Part shown: piece after piece, positions 56,855 through 64,000 of the stretch | Numbering within the stretch: the stretch's first letter is position 1 | Layout: every line of letters starts with the position of its first letter | IMG/VR virus record: IMGVR_UViG_3300014913_000011 | Coordinates: 1-64,000 of that record | DNA length: 64,000 nt | From: a virus | Strand: one strand, 5' to 3' | Position numbers and translations under genes: made by a program | Notes under the pieces: model-generated | The model's database searches: none | What the model saw: only the letters and a program-made list of their open reading frames with translations | What the model was told of the DNA's origin: nothing

Positions 56855-58351
56855 ATGTCTGCAGACAAGGTTGGTAAAGAAACTAAGAAGAAAAAGGATG
56901 AAGTGGTAACTTACAAACTTCCGAGGGAAGCGGAAGACTTTCTAGAAACTATAATTAACAATTATCCGGTACATCATGATAAGAATACTCTTCGTAAAGT
57001 GATGAGTCTTGGTAAGGTTGTTTACTCTGACAGTAAAGGGATGACTGCTGCTGTTATGAATACTAAACCCTATACCTTAATTTTTGGTAAGCAGTTTATG
57101 TCTACTAAAATGGATAGGATAGAGGATTGTGTCTGGGTTTTATCTCACGAACTTACACACCTTGTATTAGATCATTTTGCCTGTGATATTCTTGAACTCT
57201 TTAAGGATAAAAAATTAGGACAGAGGGCAGGACACATTGTAGTTGATGCACAAGTAAATGCTACGGTTTATCACTCCTTAAAAGATGAAAAGTATTTGGA
57301 TATTCCAAAAAAGCTATACTCCCAAACTGAAATGCCTGACTGTATGCTTCGTCCAGACGGTGAGCCAGAGGAAGAAGTCTATAAAGAACTTCATAGGGAG
57401 CTATATTCAGTAGAGGGAATAACTAATGAGGATCTAATTGATGGTTTAATGCCCTGGTTTAAAAAGAATCAAGATAAAATCGACGAGATGAAAGAAAGGT
57501 TAGTTGGTAATCATGAAGATCTGTTCGAGGACAGTAGTAGGATGGATGATCCAAGTGATGACCTGTCAGATCTCACTGAACATATGGCCAACCAAATGTC
57601 TGACTGGTTAGATGACGATGAAGAAAAGGGAAAAAGTTCCGGTGAAGAAGAGGACGCTGATAGTAATGAGGAAAAGCATAATGGGAAAAAACCAGGAAAG
57701 GGAACTAATGTAAGGAAAAAACAAGTAAGAACTTGCTTAGATAAAATAGCCTACGCAAAACGACTCAAGAAACAGTTAAATAGATTCTATGAAAAAAGTC
57801 CCAGTGCTAGAATTCATGAAGCTATAGAAGATCTAAATCCTAAATACCCCACTAGAAGTCCAGTCCCTAATTTCCAGGATAGGAGGGCTGCAGCTATGTT
57901 TGCGGTAGGTAAACTACCTATATTTTATCAACGAATACAAACAGGTTCCAAAGTAAGGGTACCTTGCTATGTAGATGTTAGTGGTTCTCAGAGTATGGTT
58001 ATACCTTATGTACAGCCAGTAGTATCCAGGCTCAAAAACATCATAGGTGAGTATGTAAACTGTTTCTCTAACTACGTAAATCCTTGTAGAGTTGCAGATT
58101 TTGCAAAGGGGATTTACGAATCAAGTGGTGGGACTGACTTTGACCCAGTAATGGAGGACATCCTTAAGAATAATTATACTTCAGCTGTTATTCTTACTGA
58201 CGGTCAAGCCTATATAAGAGATGATTTAATTCATAGAATTAAGTCCAGAAATATAAAGATTACAGTGGGTTGGACTATTGATGCACCAGACGTGGAGCCT
58301 TTAAATCAAGTGGCAACTAAGACCTTTTACTTGTTTAAGGGAAGAGCTTAG
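56855..58351 (+). CDS. Zincin-like (DUF2201_N) plus VWA domain protein
   Basis: HELTH, acidic linker, MIDAS DVSGS...GGTDF...LTDG. Confidence 0.85.
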   Translation: MSADKVGKETKKKKDEVVTYKLPREAEDFLETIINNYPVHHDKNTLRKVMSLGKVVYSDSKGMTAAVMNTKPYTLIFGKQFMSTKMDRIEDCVWVLSHELTHLVLDHFACDILELFKDKKLGQRAGHIVVDAQVNATVYHSLKDEKYLDIPKKLYSQTEMPDCMLRPDGEPEEEVYKELHRELYSVEGITNEDLIDGLMPWFKKNQDKIDEMKERLVGNHEDLFEDSSRMDDPSDDLSDLTEHMANQMSDWLDDDEEKGKSSGEEEDADSNEEKHNGKKPGKGTNVRKKQVRTCLDKIAYAKRLKKQLNRFYEKSPSARIHEAIEDLNPKYPTRSPVPNFQDRRAAAMFAVGKLPIFYQRIQTGSKVRVPCYVDVSGSQSMVIPYVQPVVSRLKNIIGEYVNCFSNYVNPCRVADFAKGIYESSGGTDFDPVMEDILKNNYTSAVILTDGQAYIRDDLIHRIKSRNIKITVGWTIDAPDVEPLNQVATKTFYLFKGRA

Positions 58352-58432
58352 TTATAAACATAAAAAATGCTAAAATTATATGAAATAATAACGATAATAT
58401 ATTTATAAGAATCATTTAAAGGAATTACTAAT

Positions 58433-58699
58433 ATGCCAACAAGAGAAGAAAAAGCAAAAGCTTCAATGAAGGGGCTTAGATATGCACTTCTTAGCGTAAT
58501 TATAGGGTTAGCCATGGCTATAGGTTTTACGAATAAGTACATTCCAGAATCTAACATGTTTGTGGGATTGTTTCTTTGGTATGTATTTTCAGTTATTTCC
58601 AGGAGGATAATTAACTGGGCATATAGTGAAGAAGTAGCTAAGATACGTGAAATAGTCTTCGCACCTGAAGACGACGATGATGAAGAACCCTTTTACTAG
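58433..58699 (+). CDS. Two-TM membrane protein
   Basis: Two hydrophobic helices, acidic tail, AAGGA SD. Confidence 0.65.
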   Translation: MPTREEKAKASMKGLRYALLSVIIGLAMAIGFTNKYIPESNMFVGLFLWYVFSVISRRIINWAYSEEVAKIREIVFAPEDDDDEEPFY

Positions 58700-58712
58700 G
58701 GAGTATTTAATA

Positions 58713-58994
58713 ATGATTAGTAAAATCAAAAAGTTACTGTCTGTTTTAATTATGTTTAGTGTACTAGGTCTAGTAGGTCTAGCTGCTGGAAAGAGCTTAG
58801 TGGCATTAAATGCCACTATGAAAAGCAGACCTCAGTATCTTGAACTGGAGTGTATGAAATCCTGTGATATGCCTGTAAGAGGTGATGGATTCTCTGTTAA
58901 GTTCAAAGAATGCGTAGCAGGTTGTATGGAAAAGAAAGGATATATTGAGTACTACTTAAAGGGATGGATAAAAGTGGATGGTAAGGTAGACTAA
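58713..58994 (+). CDS. Membrane-anchored protein with Cys pairs
   Basis: N-terminal TM, CMKSC/CVAGC; GGGAG SD. Confidence 0.6.
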   Translation: MISKIKKLLSVLIMFSVLGLVGLAAGKSLVALNATMKSRPQYLELECMKSCDMPVRGDGFSVKFKECVAGCMEKKGYIEYYLKGWIKVDGKVD

Positions 58995-59015
58995 ACCTAA
59001 AAAATTTAGTATACT
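58987..59015 (+). promoter_or_regulatory. sigma70-type promoter
   Basis: TAGACT-17 nt-TATACT. Confidence 0.6.
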
Positions 59016-59034
59016 GTTGTTAGGAGTATAAACT

Positions 59035-59349
59035 GTGCCGATTAAAGAATATAAATGTATAAATGAAAATTGTTCAAATTTCTTTGGATTCGAACATTTG
59101 CATATTAGGTCTACAGATACTCAATTAGAGACTTGTGATAAATGCGGTGCCCCACTGGAGGTTCAAATGTCTACATTTTCAGCTAAGTTTACTGGAAGTG
59201 GGTTCTATGAAACTGACTACAAGTCAAAGAAAAAGAAGAATAAAAAAGTTGAAGTTACTGGTGAGACTAAAACAGTAACTGATAAACAAGAAATCAAGAA
59301 GATTAAAAAGGAAGCGAAGAAACGGAGAAATAAGCGTGACAACAGTTAG
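59035..59349 (+). CDS. FmdB-family zinc-ribbon protein
   Basis: MPIKEYKC..C...FE...CDKCG...F.GSGFYETDY. Confidence 0.8.
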   Translation: MPIKEYKCINENCSNFFGFEHLHIRSTDTQLETCDKCGAPLEVQMSTFSAKFTGSGFYETDYKSKKKKNKKVEVTGETKTVTDKQEIKKIKKEAKKRRNKRDNS

Positions 59350-59662
59350 ATTTAAATTAATATTACTGCTTTTATTTCAGCCATTGGATGGCTTGTTTAC
59401 CTATATTGGTATACAGAGGGCTGATAGTATATATGTTGAAGGTAATCCGATATTACTTTGGTTGCTAGAAAACAATTCTAGTGAGGCTTTGATTCTATTT
59501 TTTACCAAGCTAATAGCCTGTATCTTCGTATTATTTATATATTTAACATTAAAAGAAGAGCCTACAAAGTTATTTCGGTATGTTATAAACATTTGTTTAC
59601 TAATATATACTTATGTAATTTTGACTTGGTTATATGTTTTAACTATTGGAGCACTATCATGA
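59336..59662 (+). CDS. DUF5658-like membrane protein
   Basis: LDGLFTYIG...EGNPIL...K; three TMs. Confidence 0.65.
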   Translation: MTTVRFKLILLLLFQPLDGLFTYIGIQRADSIYVEGNPILLWLLENNSSEALILFFTKLIACIFVLFIYLTLKEEPTKLFRYVINICLLIYTYVILTWLYVLTIGALS

Positions 59663-60219
59663 AAAAGTTTATTGAGTTTATTTTAAAATTATTAGGATTT
59701 AAGAGGGAAGAGTCTGAATCAGGTGGTACCTATACTCCCTCAGAGCCATCAGCTCCCAGTCCACCACCTATGGAAGTTAAAGAAGAAGGTGAACTAGAGG
59801 TAAAGGAACCTAAAGAAGAAGAAATAGAACAGTCTAGAATAGAACCAAAGAAAACTAAGAAAAAGGGTACAGTAGATACCTTCCTCTGGAAACCTAAAGC
59901 AGATCATAGTAACCTTCCAGTTGTAGTAGTTTCTGCTGATAACTTTAAGTCAGAAGATCTATTTGTAGAGATTGTGGGAAAAGGTAAGAAGGTTCTAAAA
60001 ATAGATATTAGAAACTCAGCTAGAGCAAATATGTTACCTGGCTTTGAATTTGGAAGAATTCATTTTAGAATTAACAGATCTGGGAAAGAACTTAATAAGA
60101 GCGCACCTTTAAAAGTACGCTTCTACAGGAAAGAAGGTGGAGAGAAAATACCTGTAAAAGTTAGAGGTAGGAAGAGTATAACTATTAAAAAACCTACTCA
60201 TAGGAAAGATTTAAAATAG
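59659..60219 (+). CDS. Hypothetical protein (amphipathic N-terminus, Pro/Glu linker, beta domain)
   Basis: GGAG SD; ATGA overlap. Confidence 0.65.
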   Translation: MKKFIEFILKLLGFKREESESGGTYTPSEPSAPSPPPMEVKEEGELEVKEPKEEEIEQSRIEPKKTKKKGTVDTFLWKPKADHSNLPVVVVSADNFKSEDLFVEIVGKGKKVLKIDIRNSARANMLPGFEFGRIHFRINRSGKELNKSAPLKVRFYRKEGGEKIPVKVRGRKSITIKKPTHRKDLK

Positions 60220-60222
60220 CAT

Positions 60223-60251
60223 TTGATTTCTGTGGGTCATTCGTGTATACT
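60223..60251 (+). promoter_or_regulatory. sigma70-type promoter
   Basis: TTGATT-17 nt-TATACT. Confidence 0.7.
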
Positions 60252-60284
60252 TACAATATTAAATTTATTTAAAGGAGCAATGAA

Positions 60285-60599
60285 ATGTTAGTACCAATAT
60301 TAACAACAATAGTAGCAGCAGGACTTGGGTTTTTTCTTGGAAGAAAGTTAAGAGAAGAGAAGAAACAAAAAAGCATTGCAGAAGTATTAACTACAGCTAC
60401 ACCTATTACACTTAGTTTAGTAGAAATTGAAGAAGCAGGTTTTAGTGCTCTAATAAAAGACCTAACTAAGTTTAAAATACTTGTAGATACTACTAGTGGA
60501 GAGAAATTCGTGGAAATACCCCTGGAAGACCTACTTCAGGTAATAGTACAAAAATTTAGACAGTTGAATCTAGAAATTGAAGACTTAGCTAAAAGGTAA
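60285..60599 (+). CDS. N-terminal TM protein (paralog A)
   Basis: AAGGAG SD; similar to the next ORF. Confidence 0.65.
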   Translation: MLVPILTTIVAAGLGFFLGRKLREEKKQKSIAEVLTTATPITLSLVEIEEAGFSALIKDLTKFKILVDTTSGEKFVEIPLEDLLQVIVQKFRQLNLEIEDLAKR

Positions 60600-60607
60600 T
60601 AATCCAG

Positions 60608-60886
60608 ATGTTATTACTATTCTTAGCCGTCTTCGTACTTGCTTTGGCTAGTACTGTGTTTGATAAGATAGATCTTAAGACACCAACTGGTGAAGATCTT
60701 TATATATCTCTATCAGTAAGGACTATTATAGAGAATGATCTCGCTCAACATATTAAGAAATTAGAGACAGTACATACCTACAAATCAGAAAGTGGAGTAG
60801 ATATGTTACAAATCAATTTGTTTGATTATGTAAAGATCCTAGAGCTGGAAGTAGAGAGGGTAATAAAAAAGGCCAAATCAGTTTAG
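60608..60886 (+). CDS. N-terminal TM protein (paralog B)
   Basis: AAGG SD; similar to the previous ORF. Confidence 0.6.
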   Translation: MLLLFLAVFVLALASTVFDKIDLKTPTGEDLYISLSVRTIIENDLAQHIKKLETVHTYKSESGVDMLQINLFDYVKILELEVERVIKKAKSV

Positions 60887-60920
60887 ATTTAGCCTCTAGA
60901 CCTAATTAAGTAGTTAAAAC

Positions 60921-61151
60921 TTAAGCAGGAAATTTCGTACTAACAGCTATAGCAGTAGCTTCCAGCTTAGAACTTCCCACACCTTGAAAAAGCTCCGACT
61001 CATCTGAACTCATACAAAAAGTAATTTTGACTGAGACTCCATTTAGTTGTTCGAAATTTTTTATTTTCTTTCTTACACCTAAATTAGAGTTTGCATACTC
61101 TATGATAGCTGATGTACTACCTAAGTCCAACATTGCTTGTTTACTTGGCAT
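60921..61151 (-). CDS. Small hypothetical protein under a late motif
   Basis: GGAGG SD before ATG 61151; TGTACTATA at 61188-61196. Confidence 0.6.
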   Translation of the reverse strand: MPSKQAMLDLGSTSAIIEYANSNLGVRKKIKNFEQLNGVSVKITFCMSSDESELFQGVGSSKLEATAIAVSTKFPA

Positions 61152-61215
61152 TATGAATACCTCCAATTTGTTATATAACATCTAGAATATAGTACATTTA
61201 ATCTACCATCACTGG

Positions 61216-61244
61216 TAGACTTCAATACCGTACTATGGTATACT
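61216..61244 (+). promoter_or_regulatory. sigma70-type promoter for the glycosylation genes
   Basis: TAGACT-17 nt-TATACT. Confidence 0.6.
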
Positions 61245-61283
61245 GGTTGTTATACTAGATGTATATACTTAATAGGAGTTGAG

Positions 61284-62039
61284 ATGTCAAGCAATATACA
61301 AGAATTACTAAATACGTATAAAGATAGATGCAAAACCAACTGTAGACCATACTTAATACTAGGAAGCAATGGACATGCTAGAGAAATGCTACAAACCTCC
61401 AGAAATAGTTTAGGAAATATACAAAACTCAACCTTATATGAGTATTTTGGATTCATATTAGAAAATGAATTAGCAACATTTAATAAAGGATTTCAAGATA
61501 AAAAATACATACTTGAAGAGGAGTTAATAGAAGAATTAATTGAAAAATTTCCACTAAACGCTTCACAAAATAGGAAAGTATACTTAGGCATAGGTATAGG
61601 TAGTCCCAAAATTAAAGAAAAAATTTATAAAAAATATAAAAAAGAACATAGAGTTAACTTTGTAAACATTGTAAGTAATTTAGCTCAAGCAGAAGAATCT
61701 ATAAATGGCTGGGTATTTAAACCAGAGCAGGGTTTGTATATTGCAAATAATGTTAACTTAACTACAAACGTATCCTTAGGAAAGCATGTACATTTAAATA
61801 CAGCTTGCACTGTTTGTCATGATGCTAAGATAGATGACTTTTCAATTGTGTCGCCTGGAGCGATAGTTTGTGGAAACGTGTCTATAGGTAAGAGGTGTTA
61901 CATAGGTGCAGGTGCAGTTATAAGAGATGGGGTGTCTATAGCAGATGACACTACTATAGGTGCGGGTACAGTAGTAGTTAAGGATATAGAGGAAACTGGA
62001 AGAACTTTTATTGGAGTACCTGCAAAAGAATTAAAATGA
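61284..62039 (+). CDS. NeuD/PglD-family sugar acetyltransferase (left-handed beta-helix)
   Basis: ILGSNGHARE, GIG.P, NT..TVCHD, hexapeptide repeats, GVPAK. Confidence 0.9.
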   Translation: MSSNIQELLNTYKDRCKTNCRPYLILGSNGHAREMLQTSRNSLGNIQNSTLYEYFGFILENELATFNKGFQDKKYILEEELIEELIEKFPLNASQNRKVYLGIGIGSPKIKEKIYKKYKKEHRVNFVNIVSNLAQAEESINGWVFKPEQGLYIANNVNLTTNVSLGKHVHLNTACTVCHDAKIDDFSIVSPGAIVCGNVSIGKRCYIGAGAVIRDGVSIADDTTIGAGTVVVKDIEETGRTFIGVPAKELK

Positions 62040-63085
62040 AATTACTATACATATCAGGATATCATGAGACTTTAGAATATAATGATCTAAGTCTCTTCAC
62101 AGAGATGGGTATAGATTGGTTCTCTACTGGAAAATATAAGGATACTAGTGAACAACTCACTAGCAAGTCCTGGAGACCTAGTATTACTAAGGAGACAGAT
62201 CAGGAACTATTACAAGAATTTAACAGGTTAAACCCTAACCAACAACAGTATGGGAGAGTACAACTAAGTAAGGAATTCGTGGATAAATTTGACATGATAC
62301 TGTGTAGTTTTTGTTTCTTAAGACAAGATATGTTAGACTTAATATGGCCACACTGTAAACACAAACCCTTAGCGTTCTTAACATACTCACAGCAGTTCTC
62401 GAATTTTGAGGTAAGACTTCAAGAATATAGATCTAAAGGTGTGAAGCTAGTAAGGGGGTCTCCCAGAGAGTCTACAATAGATAATTATGCAGGAGAGGAT
62501 GCTATTATTAGATGTTATGTAGATGAAAATGTATTCTCTAAATGGACAGGGGGGAATAGTAAGGTACTTAGTTTTTCAAATGACTTTCCAGCGAGAATTA
62601 ATCATCCAAATTTTAATTGTTATAGAGCATATAATAGGGTCATACAGCAAAAACTTCCATGCTCACTTTTTGGTAACCAGACAGAACCTGCAGGAGGAGG
62701 AGGCTTCATACCCTTTGAAAAACATCTTGAAGAGTATAAGAATTGTAGTTGTTACTTTTCTATAGGATCTCCCCCAGCAACAGTAACCTATAATTTTTTA
62801 GAGGCTTGGATGACTGGGGCACCAGTATTAACTTTTGGAAGTAAAATAGGTAATGGAGTAGATTATAATACCCATGAGCCTCCCTTCCTAATCGAAAATG
62901 ATGTAGATGGTTTCTATTCAGACGATCTCGCAGAACTAATATTAACAGCTAATACATTACTTCTAGACCAAAACTTAGCAAAGAAAGTTGGAGATGCTGG
63001 AAGAAAGAAATGTCTGTCCATCTTTGGGAAAGAAGTAGTTAAAACTAGTTGGGAAGTTTTTTTCAAATCACTAGGGGTTTATTAG
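62036..63085 (+). CDS. GT-B (GT4-like) glycosyltransferase
   Basis: YNFLEAWMTGAPVL...IENDVDGF...VGDAGR. Confidence 0.85.
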   Translation: MKLLYISGYHETLEYNDLSLFTEMGIDWFSTGKYKDTSEQLTSKSWRPSITKETDQELLQEFNRLNPNQQQYGRVQLSKEFVDKFDMILCSFCFLRQDMLDLIWPHCKHKPLAFLTYSQQFSNFEVRLQEYRSKGVKLVRGSPRESTIDNYAGEDAIIRCYVDENVFSKWTGGNSKVLSFSNDFPARINHPNFNCYRAYNRVIQQKLPCSLFGNQTEPAGGGGFIPFEKHLEEYKNCSCYFSIGSPPATVTYNFLEAWMTGAPVLTFGSKIGNGVDYNTHEPPFLIENDVDGFYSDDLAELILTANTLLLDQNLAKKVGDAGRKKCLSIFGKEVVKTSWEVFFKSLGVY

Positions 63086-63088
63086 AGT

Positions 63089-64000
63089 ATGAAAAAGAGA
63101 GTTTTTAATATAGTTGGCCATGATATATTAGAGTACAACAACTTAAAACTATTCTCTACATTAGGTTATGAGGTATTTACTCCAAGTGTCTATATGGATC
63201 CTAAAAACCCAGATCCTACTAAACCATACTTACCTAATTTGGATTTAAATGTAAATAAAGAAATACTAGACGAGTTTTTACGCTTAAATCTAGGTGGGTA
63301 TCGGTACCCAAATAAGTTAAAAATATCAAAATCCTTCATTGATAAGTTTGATATAATTCTAGTATCATGGATAAAGGATGTCCTAATAGATGAAGAAGAT
63401 TGGAAGCTAATTAAAGATAAGTTAGTTATATATCAAAGTTTAGGTCAATCTAGTAAAGGTAGAGAGTATCGTATAGCTAAATGGAGAGCAGAAAAGGGAA
63501 TAAAGATAGTAAGAATATCAGATAAGGAGCGTAACTTTCCACTATATGGTGGAGAAGATGCAATCATTGATTTAGACATCGACTGCAATTACTATACTGG
63601 ATGGGTAGGTAATGATTCTAGTGTTCTAACTATTAACTCCTCAGTGTTTCAAAGAAGTCTTGCGTGTAACTCCAATCAATACCTAGAAGTAGTCAATAAG
63701 TTTAATAAAAAATTATATGGAACTGGCAATGACCCTTCAGCTGCTAGTTTTATTAAGGGAACAGCATCCAAAGAAGAATTGCTAGCTGAACTTATAACGT
63801 GTAGAGCTTTCTTTTCACTAGGTACTAAACCTTGTCCAGTGGTTTTGTCTTTTAAGGAAGCCATGTCCACAGGTATACCTGTAGTAACTTGGGGTCCTAG
63901 ATTGGGAGGCCCAACCTATGCAGCATGTGATTACATAGAGAATGGAGTGAATGGTTTTTATTCAGATAATTTAGAGGAACTGAAGAGTTATCTTAGATTG
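63089..64000 (+). CDS. Second GT-B glycosyltransferase (paralog; truncated by the window end)
   Basis: Not in the ORF track. ATG 63089 reads MKKRVFNIVGHDILEYNNL...SFKEAMSTGIPVVTWG...IENGVNGFYSD and stays open to the end. Confidence 0.85.
   Translation, partial: MKKRVFNIVGHDILEYNNLKLFSTLGYEVFTPSVYMDPKNPDPTKPYLPNLDLNVNKEILDEFLRLNLGGYRYPNKLKISKSFIDKFDIILVSWIKDVLIDEEDWKLIKDKLVIYQSLGQSSKGREYRIAKWRAEKGIKIVRISDKERNFPLYGGEDAIIDLDIDCNYYTGWVGNDSSVLTINSSVFQRSLACNSNQYLEVVNKFNKKLYGTGNDPSAASFIKGTASKEELLAELITCRAFFSLGTKPCPVVLSFKEAMSTGIPVVTWGPRLGGPTYAACDYIENGVNGFYSDNLEELKSYLRL

Noticed and set aside
1-64000. CRISPR array, tRNA, reverse transcriptase/DGR, tubulin (PhuZ), integrase, or stop-codon reassignment
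   Set aside because: None recognisable by eye; genes tile densely under the standard code and TAA, TAG and TGA all serve as stops.

Overview
A 64-kb, AT-rich, gene-dense segment of a large tailed dsDNA bacteriophage (Caudoviricetes), read with the standard code. From about 53.6 kb down to 1, nearly all genes are on the minus strand and include a full morphogenesis module: a TerS candidate, TerL with an Ala1 class-3 intein, portal, prohead protease, scaffold, decoration protein, major capsid, neck genes (one with a second intein), a holin/spanin-like cluster, major tail protein, two paralogous tail chaperones, a 2092-aa tape measure, tail-tip genes, a free-standing LAGLIDADG endonuclease and the start of a fibre gene. 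No sheath gene is visible, so the morphology is probably siphovirus-like. Upstream on the same strand are dNMP kinase, methionine aminopeptidase, an operon with an actin-fold ATPase (volactin-like) next to an Amidase_3 endolysin, Pol III clamp-loader subunits and a metallophosphatase. From about 54 kb, plus-strand genes with sigma70-type promoters encode a HicB-like protein, a DEDDh exonuclease, a MoxR-like AAA+ with a zincin/VWA partner, membrane proteins, and an acetyltransferase plus two glycosyltransferases. The strongest candidate for an undescribed system is the actin / coiled-coil partner / amidase operon. Other leads are a possible redox- or metal-gated intein in a neck protein, a repeated TGTACTATA late-promoter motif, leaderless mRNAs and a structured leader RNA with an anti-SD element. 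All family assignments come from motif recognition by eye; no searches were run.
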